DNA of 52,534 nucleotides from a virus. Lineage: Duplodnaviria; Caudoviricetes. The translations under genes and the position numbers were made by a program. Positions within the stretch are counted from its first letter, which is position 1; each line of letters opens with the position of its first letter. Below are positions 9,073 to 19,505 of this stretch, one piece after another. The notes under the pieces were generated by a model. That model made no database searches, had not been told where the DNA came from, and was given only the letters and a program-made list of their open reading frames with translations. The DNA is taken from positions 1-52,534 of IMG/VR virus record IMGVR_UViG_3300027972_000016, one strand, 5' to 3'.

Positions 9073-11280
9073 ATGAGTGAAATTTATCAAGATATACCCA
9101 CATGGGATAATGGAGTTATTACTACAACTAGTTTTAACTCAAGAGAAGAATTCTCAGATTTTGTATTTTCTATATTTAAAATACCAGGACAATATAACTT
9201 TAATGCTACATCTTCAGAACTATTTACACAAGAATCTAGAAGTTTTAGAAAAAATAAAGTTTATTGTCTTGCTCCATTTAAATCTAAAGACTTTATAACT
9301 TACTGGGATGATAAAAAAATCAAATGCAGAAAAGGTTTTTTAATTAAAGATAAAGGTGACAGCTGGTTTATGACCCGTGAGTATTATATGTGGTTAAACT
9401 TCTTACCTATATTTAATAAGGAAATACAGCAGTTTGGTTTTGCAGATATAAGAGATGCACAGTATCATATGACTCTATATGAACTATTAGCTGAGTTAAA
9501 TTATAAACATGTTGCTATTCTTAAGAAAAGGCAGATTGCTTCTTCTTATTATCACATGGCCAAGTTATTAAATCAGCAATGGTTTGAAGAAGGGGTTACT
9601 CTTAAAATTGGTGCAAGTCTTAAGGATTATATTAATGAAAAAGGTTCTTGGAAATTTTTACAAGAATATGCTGCATTTTTAAATGAACATACTGCATGGT
9701 ATAGACCGATGTCACCAGATAAAGTAATGATGTGGCAACAAAAGATTGAGGTAAGAAAAGGGGATAGAAAAAATGAAGTTGGTCTTAAAGGAACTATACA
9801 AGGTATGTCTTTTGAGAAAGATCCAACAAATGGTGTCGGTGGACCAGTAAAATACTTCTTTCATGAAGAAGCTGGTATAGCTCCAAAGATGAATCAAACA
9901 TATGAGTACATGAGACCAGCAATGAGATCTGGTTTAATTACTACAGGTATGTTTATAGCTGCAGGTTCTGTGGGTGATTTATCTCAATGTGAACCTTTAA
10001 GAAAAATGATTATATATCCAACTGAAAATGATATATATGCAGTAGAGACTGATTTAATAGATGGTAAAGGTACAGTAGGTATATCAGGTTTATTTATTCC
10101 TGAGCAATGGTCTATGCCACCTTATATAGATGAATTTGGAAATTCTAAAGTAACAGAAGGTTTGATTGCTTTAGATAATCAATTTGAGAAATGGAAAAAA
10201 GAATTAGATCCACAGACATACCAGTTAAGGATATCTCAGCATCCAAGAAATATTGAGGAAGCTTTTGCAAATAGAACAGTATCTGTATTTCCTACTCATC
10301 TTATAGCAGCACAACAAAGAAGAATAGAAGATAAAGAATATGCTTATGAATTTTTAGATATATTTCCAGATCCTAATGGTAAGGTAAGAGTTGAACATAG
10401 TAATAGAAGACCAATCAATGAATTTCCAGTAACTAAAAATACTGAAGATAAGACAGGTGTATTAGTTGTTTGGGAAAGACCTATAGCTGATCCTACATTT
10501 GGTCAGTACTATGCTTCTATTGACCCTGTATCTGAAGGTAAGACTACTACATCTGAATCATTGTGTTCTATATATATCATGAAGGCACCTGTTGAAGTAA
10601 CAAAAGTTACTGGTGTAGAGACAGAAACTTATATAGAACAAGATAAGATTGTAGCTGCTTGGTGCGGTAGATATGATGATATAAACAAAACTCACCAAAA
10701 ACTAGAATTAATAATTGAATGGTATAATGCCTGGACACTTATTGAGAATAACATCTCTTTATTTATTCAGTATATGATATCCAGAAAAAAACAAAGATTC
10801 TTAGTACCAAAAAGTCAAATCATGTTCTTAAAAGATATTGGTGCTAATGCTTCAGTATATCAAGAATATGGTTGGAAGAATACTGGTACTTTATTTAAAG
10901 CTCATTTACTTAGTTACTGTATTGAATACACTAAAGAAGAATTAGATGTTGAAACTAAAACAGATGGTACAATAGTAAGAACTAAATATGGTATTGAACG
11001 TATACCAGATATAATGCTACTTAAAGAAATGTCTGCATACTCTGATGGAGTCAATGTGGATAGATTAGTTTCATTTTGTGCATTGGTTGCTTTTATGAGA
11101 ATTCAGCAAGCAAACAGAGGTTATAGTAAGAGAGTAGTCATGGATGATATGGCTAAAAACTTGCAAAAGTCAGAAAATTTGTTTAAATTAAATAACAGTC
11201 CTTTCCGTCATATGGGAGGAATAGGTAAACTATTGAATGGTCAAGGGTTTAAAAAATCCGCATTTAAAAATATTAAATAA
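9073..11280 (+). CDS. terL: Terminase large subunit (crAss-like)
   Basis: Walker A-like ILKKRQIASS, Walker B YFFHEEAG, and RNase H-like nuclease motifs YASIDPV, ENN and NVDRLVSF. 735 aa, followed by the portal. Confidence 0.92.
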   Translation: MSEIYQDIPTWDNGVITTTSFNSREEFSDFVFSIFKIPGQYNFNATSSELFTQESRSFRKNKVYCLAPFKSKDFITYWDDKKIKCRKGFLIKDKGDSWFMTREYYMWLNFLPIFNKEIQQFGFADIRDAQYHMTLYELLAELNYKHVAILKKRQIASSYYHMAKLLNQQWFEEGVTLKIGASLKDYINEKGSWKFLQEYAAFLNEHTAWYRPMSPDKVMMWQQKIEVRKGDRKNEVGLKGTIQGMSFEKDPTNGVGGPVKYFFHEEAGIAPKMNQTYEYMRPAMRSGLITTGMFIAAGSVGDLSQCEPLRKMIIYPTENDIYAVETDLIDGKGTVGISGLFIPEQWSMPPYIDEFGNSKVTEGLIALDNQFEKWKKELDPQTYQLRISQHPRNIEEAFANRTVSVFPTHLIAAQQRRIEDKEYAYEFLDIFPDPNGKVRVEHSNRRPINEFPVTKNTEDKTGVLVVWERPIADPTFGQYYASIDPVSEGKTTTSESLCSIYIMKAPVEVTKVTGVETETYIEQDKIVAAWCGRYDDINKTHQKLELIIEWYNAWTLIENNISLFIQYMISRKKQRFLVPKSQIMFLKDIGANASVYQEYGWKNTGTLFKAHLLSYCIEYTKEELDVETKTDGTIVRTKYGIERIPDIMLLKEMSAYSDGVNVDRLVSFCALVAFMRIQQANRGYSKRVVMDDMAKNLQKSENLFKLNNSPFRHMGGIGKLLNGQGFKKSAFKNIK

Positions 11281-11282
11281 CT

Positions 11283-14018
11283 ATGCAAGTATTTAACGCA
11301 CTACAATTAAAAAAAGGAGCAAAGACTACACAAAATAGGATGGGTAGTATTACTCAACCTTTACAATTTCTTTCTAAAAAAGATAAAGATGAAGAGTGGG
11401 CTGCATGGAATTTAGATTGGTTGGAGTGGAATGGTCTTAAACAGATAAGAAGAAATGCCCGCAAGTTGATGAAGAATTATAAACTTGCAAAAGGTATTAT
11501 AGATAAGACAGATTATATTGTAGAAGAAAACAATGAGATGAGAGACATAGTAGATGTACTCACCAGAGAAGATGCTTCAGCTTTAGAACTTAAGTTTTAT
11601 CCTATTATCCCCAATGTAATTAATGTACTTGTAGCAGAATTTGCTAAGAGATCAACTAAACTTACTTACCGTGCCATTGATGAGTTCTCATATAATGAGA
11701 TGATGGAGCAAAAAAGAAAGATGGTTGAAGATACTCTTATGGCAGATGCTCAGATGAAAATCCAAGCAGCATTATTAGAACAAGGTTTAGATCCTAATTC
11801 TCCAGAAGCACAAGAACAATTAAATCCTGAAAAACTTAAAGCTTTGCCAGAAATAGAAATGTTCTTTAAAAAAGATTACAGATCTATGATAGAACAATGG
11901 GCTGATCATCAACATAAAGTAGATGTTGAAAGATTCAGAATGGATGAGCTTGAAGAAAGAGCATTCAGAGATATGCTTATTACAGATAGAGAGTTCTGGC
12001 ATATGAAAATGATGGAAGATGATTATGAAGTAGAACTTTGGAATCCTCCTGTTACTTTCTACCATAAGTCTCCTGATGCAAGATATATATCACAAGGTAA
12101 CTGGGTAGGTAAAGTAGATATGCTTACAGTTGCTGATGTAATAGATAGATATGGTTTTATGCTTACTGAAGAACAACATGAATCTTTAGAAGCTGTTTAC
12201 CCTATCAGATCTGCTGGTTATACTATAGGTGGTCAAAATGATGGTACATTCTATGATGCTACCAAGTCTCATGAATGGAATACTAACATGCCTTCATTAG
12301 CATACAGACAATATACATCTATGATGGCTGGTTCTGTATATGATGGTGGAGATATTATTAATCAAATCCTATCTGAGGGTGAAGATTATTATGATCAAGG
12401 TACTGCATACTTGTTACGTTGTACTACATGCTATTGGAAATCTCAAAGAAAAGTAGGACACTTAACTAAAATATTAGAATCTGGTGAAGTTATAAATGAA
12501 ATTATAACTGAGGATTATAAGATAACAGATAAACCTTTGTATGATACTAGGTTATTTAAAAACAAAAACAAAGAGAATCTTTTATTTGGAGAACATATTG
12601 ATTGGATCTGGATCAATGAAGTATGGGGTGGAGTTAAAATAGGTCCTAATATTCCATCTTTCTGGGGTATGAATAATCCAGGAGGTTTTTCACCTATCTA
12701 TATTGGTGTAGATAGAAATCATATTAAACCACTTAAGTTTCAGTTTAAAGGAGATAACAGTCTTTATGGTTGTAAACTTCCTGTAGAAGGTGCAGTATTT
12801 TCTGATAGAAATACTAAGTCAACTGCATTACTAGATTTGATGAAACCGTATCAGATAGGATACAATATAGTTAACAATCAAATAGCTGATATTCTTGTTG
12901 ATGAACTTGGAACCGTAATAATGTTGGATCAGAACTCCTTACCAAGACACTCTTTAGGAGAAGATTGGGGTAAAGGGAATTATGCTAAAGCATATGTTGC
13001 TATGAAAAATTTCCAAATGCTTCCACTAGATACATCTATTTCTAATACAGAAAATGCATTAAACTTTAATCATTTTCAGAAACTAGATCTTTCTCAAACA
13101 GAAAGATTAATGTCAAGGATACAATTAGCAACTCACTTTAAACAACAAGCTTATGAGGTAATTGGAATCAATCCTCAAAGAATGGGACAACAGTTATCAC
13201 AAACTACAGCAACTGGTGTAGAGCAAGCAATGAGTGCTTCATATGCACAAACAGAAACTTTCTTTATACAACATTGTGATTACTTAATGCCAAGAGTACA
13301 CCAGATGCGTACAGACTTAGCTCAGTATTATAATTCAAATAGACCATCTGCCAGACTTACTTACCTTACATCAGCAGATGAGAAGGTAAACTTTGAAGTA
13401 AATGGAACAGAATTACTAATGAGAGATCTAAACATATTCTGTACAACCACAGCAAACCATAGAGCTATCCTAGAGCAATTAAAACAAATGGCTCTTAATA
13501 ACAATACTACAGGAGCATCTATATTTGACTTAGGTAAAATAGTTAAATCTGACACTGTATCAGAACTTACTTCTGTACTTAAAGATTCTGAACAAAAACA
13601 ACAAGCTCAGAAACAACAAGAAATGCAACAACAACAACAAATGCAACAAGAGCAAATACAATCTCAAGAAAAACAAAAACAAATGGAGATTGATGCTAAT
13701 GAGGCAAGAGATGAGAAGAATAGACAAAGAGATATTTTGGTTGCTGAAATCAGAGCTGCAGGTTATGGAGCTATGAGTGATGTAAACAAAAATGAAATGT
13801 CTGACTACAATGATGCAATGAAAGAAATCAGAGCAACTGAACAATACCAAGAACAAACAAGTTTGCAAAGAGAAAAGGAAGTAAATAGAATGAATCTAGA
13901 TACTCAAAAGAACCAAATTGAGAGAGAAAAAATACAATCACAGAGAGAGATTGCAAACAAACAACTACAAATTGCACAAGAAAACAAAAATAAATATGAT
14001 AAAAATGCAGGAAAATAA
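11283..14018 (+). CDS. Portal protein
   Basis: 911 aa, directly after terL. Motifs YPIIPNVINVLVAE, LMKPYQIGYNIVNNQI and GINPQRMGQ...TATGVEQA, with a long Q/E-rich C-terminal coiled-coil barrel. Confidence 0.88.
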   Translation: MQVFNALQLKKGAKTTQNRMGSITQPLQFLSKKDKDEEWAAWNLDWLEWNGLKQIRRNARKLMKNYKLAKGIIDKTDYIVEENNEMRDIVDVLTREDASALELKFYPIIPNVINVLVAEFAKRSTKLTYRAIDEFSYNEMMEQKRKMVEDTLMADAQMKIQAALLEQGLDPNSPEAQEQLNPEKLKALPEIEMFFKKDYRSMIEQWADHQHKVDVERFRMDELEERAFRDMLITDREFWHMKMMEDDYEVELWNPPVTFYHKSPDARYISQGNWVGKVDMLTVADVIDRYGFMLTEEQHESLEAVYPIRSAGYTIGGQNDGTFYDATKSHEWNTNMPSLAYRQYTSMMAGSVYDGGDIINQILSEGEDYYDQGTAYLLRCTTCYWKSQRKVGHLTKILESGEVINEIITEDYKITDKPLYDTRLFKNKNKENLLFGEHIDWIWINEVWGGVKIGPNIPSFWGMNNPGGFSPIYIGVDRNHIKPLKFQFKGDNSLYGCKLPVEGAVFSDRNTKSTALLDLMKPYQIGYNIVNNQIADILVDELGTVIMLDQNSLPRHSLGEDWGKGNYAKAYVAMKNFQMLPLDTSISNTENALNFNHFQKLDLSQTERLMSRIQLATHFKQQAYEVIGINPQRMGQQLSQTTATGVEQAMSASYAQTETFFIQHCDYLMPRVHQMRTDLAQYYNSNRPSARLTYLTSADEKVNFEVNGTELLMRDLNIFCTTTANHRAILEQLKQMALNNNTTGASIFDLGKIVKSDTVSELTSVLKDSEQKQQAQKQQEMQQQQQMQQEQIQSQEKQKQMEIDANEARDEKNRQRDILVAEIRAAGYGAMSDVNKNEMSDYNDAMKEIRATEQYQEQTSLQREKEVNRMNLDTQKNQIEREKIQSQREIANKQLQIAQENKNKYDKNAGK

Positions 14019-14060
14019 ATCTAGTTAGCTATATAATGACCAAAAAGTTTTCCTGTATTT

Positions 14061-14090
14061 TAAATTTATCAAGTTTATTTTGTATATTAA
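14061..14090. promoter_or_regulatory. TAAAT-N7-GTTTA box adjacent to a TTTTGTATATTAA promoter-like motif
   Basis: TAAAT-TTATCAA-GTTTA at 14061-14077 and TTTTGTATATTAA at 14078-14090, in the intergenic region before the scaffold/MCP operon. Confidence 0.5.
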
Positions 14091-14114
14091 AAGTATAATT
14101 AAAAACCAACAACA

Positions 14115-15380
14115 ATGAATGAACCAGCACAGAATCTAAATGAAGAGGTACTAGACTCTACTACGGTAGGTCAAGTAGATGTAAACATTGATGAATTATT
14201 TGGTAATCCAGGTGCAGCTAATATAATGTTACCTGAGGATGAAAAACCAAAAACTATGTTTTCAAAAGAAAATATAGACACTACGTTCCTTGATAATACA
14301 GTAAGCACAGCTTCAGAAAGAAAAGAAGCAGCAGAGAAAAAAGCAGAAGTAGAAGATACTATTGCTGAACTTGATGGATTAATTTCTCAACAAGAAGATC
14401 CTACAACTAAAGGAAGACCTAAGGTAGATAAATCTGGTCTCTTTGAATTGGCAGAGAAAATGATTGAAGAAGGTAGTCTTATTCCTTTTGATGATGATAA
14501 ATCTTTAGAGGATTATACTGCAAAAGATTTTAGAGAATTATTTGAAGCTAACTTTCAAGAAAGAGAAAATAAAGTTAAGCAAGATGTTCCAAGAGAGTTT
14601 TTTGAATCTCTTCCTGAAGAATTACAAATTGCAGCTAAATATGTAGCAGATGGCGGAACAGATCTTAAAGGGTTATTCAGAACTCTAGCATATGTAGAAG
14701 AAATGATACAACTTGATCCAAGTAATGAAAGAGATCAAGAAGAAATTGCAAGACAATATTTACATGCTACAAACTTTGGATCAGCAGAAGAAATTGAAGC
14801 TGAGATAGTAGATTGGGCTGACATGAACAAATTAGAACAAAAAGCTAAACAGTTCAAACCAAAATTAGATAGAATGCAAGAAGAAATTGTTGCAAGACAA
14901 TTAGCTGAGCAAGAACATAAAAAAGAACAACAATCAAAGCAAGCAAAAGCATACACTGATAATGTATATAATACACTTGCTACAGGAGAAATAGGAGGAG
15001 TTAAACTAGATAAGAAAATCCAAGGTATGTTATATACAGGATTAGTACAACCTAATTACTCATCTATCTCTGGTAAATCTACAAACCTACTAGGACATCT
15101 GTTAGAGAAGTATCAGTTTGTAGAACCAAGACATGATTTAATTGCAGAAGCCTTATGGTTACTTGCAGATGCGGATGGATACAAAGCACGTGTAAGAGAA
15201 CAAGGAAATAAACAAGCTGTAGAAAAAACAGTTAGGCAATTAAAAACTGAAGAGTCTAGAAAGCTTACAGGTTCTTCTAATAATGGAGAAACTGATGAAG
15301 AAAGAAAACCTCTTTCTAACAATAGATCACAACAAAAAACAATATCAAGACCGAACAATATGTTCAAGAGAACTTTTTAA
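14115..15380 (+). CDS. Acidic scaffolding-like protein between portal and MCP
   Basis: 421 aa, very D/E-rich and helical, in the position of the conserved gene preceding MCP in crAss-like genomes. Confidence 0.6.
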   Translation: MNEPAQNLNEEVLDSTTVGQVDVNIDELFGNPGAANIMLPEDEKPKTMFSKENIDTTFLDNTVSTASERKEAAEKKAEVEDTIAELDGLISQQEDPTTKGRPKVDKSGLFELAEKMIEEGSLIPFDDDKSLEDYTAKDFRELFEANFQERENKVKQDVPREFFESLPEELQIAAKYVADGGTDLKGLFRTLAYVEEMIQLDPSNERDQEEIARQYLHATNFGSAEEIEAEIVDWADMNKLEQKAKQFKPKLDRMQEEIVARQLAEQEHKKEQQSKQAKAYTDNVYNTLATGEIGGVKLDKKIQGMLYTGLVQPNYSSISGKSTNLLGHLLEKYQFVEPRHDLIAEALWLLADADGYKARVREQGNKQAVEKTVRQLKTEESRKLTGSSNNGETDEERKPLSNNRSQQKTISRPNNMFKRTF

Positions 15381-15409
15381 TTTAGTAACAAACAAAAACA
15401 AACAATAAA

Positions 15410-17029
15410 ATGGCAACTCCAATTTTAAACAATGGTATCTTTCTACGGGATACAGCCTACGCGGCAAGTTCACATGTAGACTCTTATCACTTGGTTAACA
15501 TGTTAAAAGATGCACAACCTATGGACTTAGGTCCAGTAGATCTTTGGGCTATGGCTCAAAAGGTTGAAATGCCTCTTTATCAAATGTCTAGCTTTGGTGG
15601 TAAAAATGTAATTATGGTTGATAATGCTCGTGGAGAGTACAGATGGCAAACTCCGGTTTCCATTGACCTACCTTATATCCTTGAGGACATTGAACCAGAC
15701 AATAACTTTAAAGGTATTGAAGGAACAACATTCCGCATCAAATTAAGCAGACGTGAGTTTGGTCATGGTGATATCATCACTTATGATAAATATAATGGTG
15801 TTGAGATGTACATTACTGCAGAAGATATTCTTCCTATAGGTGATGGTTTTATCTATACTGTACAGTTAGTAAACAATGATAACTTCAAATACTTGGATAA
15901 CAAGTATTTAGCCAATGGTACCAAAGTATTCCGTAAAGGTTCTGCTAGAGGTGAGTATGGCGAAAGATTTTCAGACATCCAAACAAGAGCAGGATTCCGT
16001 GAATTCTACAACTTTGTTGGTGGTGCTGAAGCTCACGTTCATTATTCTATCTCTTCTAGAGCTGACTTAATGATCAAAGGTGGAATGAATGCAGATGGAA
16101 CAGTTCCTGTAACTGAAATCTGGAGAACATTTGATTCTAACCTACAAGATCCTTCTGTTGCTAACCTAGAGGATATGGTTAAAAAACTTGGTAAAGACAA
16201 AGTTAAAAAAGCATTTGATAATGGTGATTTATCAAGAACTTTCTTAACTGCTATGGAATCTGCTCACTTGAGCAAAATTGCTACAGATATTGAAACCTAC
16301 TTAATGTGGGGTCAAGGTGGTAGAGTTAAACAAGATGGTCCAGATGATCTTAGATTATCAGTGGGTCTTTGGAAACAATTAGACAACTCTTTCAAAAGAA
16401 TCTATAACAAAAATAACTTTACATTAGATTTATTCCGTGGAGAAATCTACAACTTCTTTAATGGTAAAGTTGAATTCCAAGGTCCAGATCCAAAACGCTC
16501 TCTAGTTGTACAAACTGGTATGGGTGGTATGAGAATGGTAAATGAGGCTATCAAAAGAGAAGCTGTATCTTCTGGTCTATTAATTCAGGCTGCTGATATC
16601 GGAGCAATCACAGGTAAAGGTATGGACTTGAACTTTGGATTTGCATATACTTCTTATGTAATTCCTTTCTTGGCAAATGTTAAGTTTGTACTTAACCCAG
16701 CATTTGACAATGTTCATACAAATGATATTGAGAACCCAATCATTGATGGTTTCCCATTATCTTCTTACTCTTACATTATCTTTGATATCACTGATAACAC
16801 TAATGATAATATCTTCTTATTGAAATTATCTTGGGATAATCAATTGAAATGGTGGTATCAAAATGGTACTATGGACTACATGGGAAGAACTCAAGGGTTC
16901 CAATCTTCAGGTCAGTTCAATGGATACCGTGTAATGATGTCACAAACAATGCCAGCTATTTGGGTAAAAGATCCAAGTAAAGTATTGAAAATTGTAATGA
17001 GAAATCCAATCACTGGAGGATCATTCTAG
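15410..17029 (+). CDS. Major capsid protein (crAss-like)
   Basis: 539 aa after portal and scaffold. Codon usage suggests high expression (TTC/ATC/TAC/AAC/CGT). Motifs include GLWKQL, VQTGMGGM, FVLNPAFD and IWVKDPSK. Followed by a strong terminator. Confidence 0.88.
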   Translation: MATPILNNGIFLRDTAYAASSHVDSYHLVNMLKDAQPMDLGPVDLWAMAQKVEMPLYQMSSFGGKNVIMVDNARGEYRWQTPVSIDLPYILEDIEPDNNFKGIEGTTFRIKLSRREFGHGDIITYDKYNGVEMYITAEDILPIGDGFIYTVQLVNNDNFKYLDNKYLANGTKVFRKGSARGEYGERFSDIQTRAGFREFYNFVGGAEAHVHYSISSRADLMIKGGMNADGTVPVTEIWRTFDSNLQDPSVANLEDMVKKLGKDKVKKAFDNGDLSRTFLTAMESAHLSKIATDIETYLMWGQGGRVKQDGPDDLRLSVGLWKQLDNSFKRIYNKNNFTLDLFRGEIYNFFNGKVEFQGPDPKRSLVVQTGMGGMRMVNEAIKREAVSSGLLIQAADIGAITGKGMDLNFGFAYTSYVIPFLANVKFVLNPAFDNVHTNDIENPIIDGFPLSSYSYIIFDITDNTNDNIFLLKLSWDNQLKWWYQNGTMDYMGRTQGFQSSGQFNGYRVMMSQTMPAIWVKDPSKVLKIVMRNPITGGSF

Positions 17030-17046
17030 TAATAAACAAATTAGAG

Positions 17047-17074
17047 AAGGAGGAGGTAAATCTCCTCCTTTTTT
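17047..17074 (+). terminator. Rho-independent terminator after MCP
   Basis: AAGGAGGAG-GTAAAT-CTCCTCCTT followed by TTTT. Confidence 0.85.
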
Positions 17075-17109
17075 AATATATTTAACCAACAATTAAAAAC
17101 CAACAACAA

Positions 17110-18126
17110 ATGGAAAATTTTACAATGGTAGAAACTGGTAAAGGTGCTATCAAAAAAACAGCTATTGCTGTAAGACCTTATTTTGATAAAACTGCATCTA
17201 ACATGGGACTTGAGTCTTATGGTATGAGCATGTTTGATGGAATAAAACATAATGAACAACTTGCATGTTTAGATAACAATGGTGTAGTAAGATACATAAC
17301 CGGACTTAATGAATTTGCACCTGAAATTAAACTCCTTCCTACAGAAGAAAGAGAAGCTAGGATAAGAGAGATAAGAAATGCAATAGCTGAATTAGAAAAA
17401 GAATTAGTAGCTAATGTATTAGAAGTAGAAGATCCAATGTTCTGGAATAAAGTTAAGTTGTTACAACCTAACAATGCAGAGTTTTGGAATAAGATTACTA
17501 TTGGATGTGGTAATGAACCATTATATTTAAATCCAATTGATCCTTATGATAGAATTAAACTTTATGCAATTGAGGCCGGAGGGTTTTCAATAGTTGCAAA
17601 AAGTTATGAGGATGCAAGATCAAAAGCAGTTCCACCTAAATTTTATTTAGATAAGGAAGAAGAAACTGTAATGGTAAGAACTGAGTATAAAAAACTTAGA
17701 AATAAAGCTCTTGCAGAATTACAAAAATTATTTGATAAAAATAGTACTAAACTATTCTACATTGCAAAAGTTGTAGATATCAATAGTACACAATATAAAA
17801 AATCTACACCAAATGATGTTATCTATGAGAACATGGATAGATATATTAATGGTGAAGGAGGAGAGACTAACAAGGAAAGAGCAGCCAAATCATTTACGGA
17901 TGCAGCTAATTTAGACATGGAAGCATTAAAAATTAAGTCAATTGTTAGGGATTCTGTTTTTTTTAAGTATATTGTTAATAAGGCTGATGGTTATATATAT
18001 CATACTAAATCCGGAGCTATGCTTGGAAGAAATGTATCTGATGTAATAGAGCACTTGAAAAACCCTTTAAATGAGGATGTTTTAAAAGATCTTAACCAAG
18101 CTTGTGAAAAATATTGGAACTCTTAA
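17110..18126 (+). CDS. Conserved crAss-like protein following MCP, function unknown
   Basis: 338-aa ORF in the syntenic position immediately after MCP. Confidence 0.6.
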   Translation: MENFTMVETGKGAIKKTAIAVRPYFDKTASNMGLESYGMSMFDGIKHNEQLACLDNNGVVRYITGLNEFAPEIKLLPTEEREARIREIRNAIAELEKELVANVLEVEDPMFWNKVKLLQPNNAEFWNKITIGCGNEPLYLNPIDPYDRIKLYAIEAGGFSIVAKSYEDARSKAVPPKFYLDKEEETVMVRTEYKKLRNKALAELQKLFDKNSTKLFYIAKVVDINSTQYKKSTPNDVIYENMDRYINGEGGETNKERAAKSFTDAANLDMEALKIKSIVRDSVFFKYIVNKADGYIYHTKSGAMLGRNVSDVIEHLKNPLNEDVLKDLNQACEKYWNS

Positions 18127-18138
18127 AACTAAAATAAA

Positions 18139-18324
18139 ATGGCAACTTACACTACAGGGAAAATTAAAAACCCAAATGCAAAAGTAACAAAACAAACAAC
18201 TCCTAAAGGTAGAGTTGGTGGAACATCTGTTGCACCAGGTAAAGAAGCAGTTAAATCTGCTAAACCAAAAGGAAGAGTTGGTGGAACTAGTACAGCACCT
18301 AAAAAAGCATCTCCTTCTAAATAA
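18139..18324 (+). CDS. Small basic protein with internal repeat
   Basis: 61 aa, K/T/P-rich, with PKGRVGGTS(V/T)AP present twice. Confidence 0.65.
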   Translation: MATYTTGKIKNPNAKVTKQTTPKGRVGGTSVAPGKEAVKSAKPKGRVGGTSTAPKKASPSK

Positions 18325-18354
18325 GGAGATGTTTTAATTTTAAATTTTATTATT

Positions 18355-18615
18355 ATGGCAAGACCTAAAAAAACAGTTGCTGAACCAAAGGTAAAAGCAT
18401 CTAAAGTAGAAAAAGCTCAAGTTAAAAAAGCTAAAGTTGAAGTTGAAGTAAAAGAAGAAACAATAGTTGAGAAAGTGGAAGAAGTAGTAGAGGCTGTTGC
18501 TGAAAAGATTCTTGAAGTTAACAAAGCTGTAGTAGCTGAAAAATCTTCACTTGAAAGTTTAAAAAATAAAATAGTTTCTAAAGCTAGATTTATTTTACAA
18601 ACAATCCGTGGTTAA
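18355..18615 (+). CDS. Small K/E/V-rich hypothetical protein
   Basis: 86-aa low-complexity ORF in the small-protein cluster. Confidence 0.6.
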   Translation: MARPKKTVAEPKVKASKVEKAQVKKAKVEVEVKEETIVEKVEEVVEAVAEKILEVNKAVVAEKSSLESLKNKIVSKARFILQTIRG

Positions 18616-18627
18616 TACTATATAACA

Positions 18628-18777
18628 ATGGCTAAGAAAATGATTAAAAGAGCAGATGGTAGTTATTCACAAAAAGGATTATGGGATAATATCCGTGCTA
18701 ATAAAGGATCAGGTAAAAAACCTACAGCAGAGATGCTGAAGCAAGAAAAGAAAATTAAATCTAAAACTAAAAAATAA
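18628..18777 (+). CDS. Small basic protein (49 aa; not in ORF track)
   Basis: MAKKMIKRADGSYSQKGLWDNIRANKGSGKKPTAEMLKQEKKIKSKTKK*, tightly packed between neighbouring genes. Confidence 0.7.
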   Translation: MAKKMIKRADGSYSQKGLWDNIRANKGSGKKPTAEMLKQEKKIKSKTKK

Positions 18778-18782
18778 ATATT

Positions 18783-18947
18783 ATGAAAAAAGTAATTTTA
18801 ATTTTAAGTGTAATTGCATTAGCATCTTGTCATGCAGTAAGTGAAGGACCTCTTCCAGTAGCTGATTCTACTGCTGTTGATAGTTTAGTAATTGATACTT
18901 TAGTTGTTGTATCTGACTCAGTTAAAGTAGACTCTTTAAAAAAATAA
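18783..18947 (+). CDS. Small lipoprotein (54 aa; not in ORF track)
   Basis: MKKVILILSVIALAS-C is a signal peptide II with lipobox. The mature part is HAVSEGPLPVADSTAVDSLVIDTLVVVSDSVKVDSLKK. Confidence 0.7.
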   Translation: MKKVILILSVIALASCHAVSEGPLPVADSTAVDSLVIDTLVVVSDSVKVDSLKK

Positions 18948-18949
18948 TT

Positions 18950-19240
18950 ATGGCACTTAAGAAAACATCTTCTAAGAAAGATTTACCTAAAGCACAAAAA
19001 GGTAAAAATGTTAACTTTAAAAGTTCTAATTATTGGGCTGATGATTATTCTTTAGATACTACTGGTTTAGCAAAAGGTAAATCAAACTATTATCCTTATG
19101 AAAGAAGTAATGGTACAAAAGGTGTTGTTACTACTAAAGAAGCTAAACAAATTGTAAAGGATGTTAAAAGCGGAAAATTACAAAAATCTGATTATTATAA
19201 AAAATCAGGTGGAGCAATAAAAACTAAAAAGAAAAAGTAA
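18950..19240 (+). CDS. Small basic protein with xxxGG motif
   Basis: 96 aa, Lys-rich, containing AQKGK and KKSGG. Confidence 0.65.
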   Translation: MALKKTSSKKDLPKAQKGKNVNFKSSNYWADDYSLDTTGLAKGKSNYYPYERSNGTKGVVTTKEAKQIVKDVKSGKLQKSDYYKKSGGAIKTKKKK

Positions 19241-19488
19241 TGGCAAAGACTCCAGCTTGGCAACGCAAAGAAGGCAAGGCTCCTTCTGGTGGTTTAAACG
19301 CAAAAGGTAGAGCTTCTTATAATAAAGAAACTGGTGGTAACTTAAAAGCTCCACAACCTGAAGGAGGTCCTAGAAAAAAATCTTTTTGTGCTAGAATGTC
19401 TGGTATGAAGAAGAAATTAACTAGTAGTAAAACAGCTAATGATCCTGATTCAAGGATTAATAAAGCTCTTAGAAAATGGAAGTGTTAA
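19240..19488 (+). CDS. Small basic conserved phage protein
   Basis: AWQRKEGK..SGGLNAKGRASY...LKAP...RKKSFCARMSGM...DPDSRINKALRKWKC resembles a widespread phage family of unknown function (recalled, not searched). Confidence 0.7.
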   Translation: MAKTPAWQRKEGKAPSGGLNAKGRASYNKETGGNLKAPQPEGGPRKKSFCARMSGMKKKLTSSKTANDPDSRINKALRKWKC

Positions 19489-19505
19489 TTTAAAATATAT
19501 ATATT

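Noticed and set aside
13591-13680. CAA-rich low-complexity repeat
   Set aside because: It encodes the Gln-rich coiled coil of the portal and is not an independent repeat element.
9073-17029. Inteins or group I introns in terL, portal or MCP
   Set aside because: The ORFs are continuous and of ordinary size, with no homing-endonuclease or intein splice motifs noticed.
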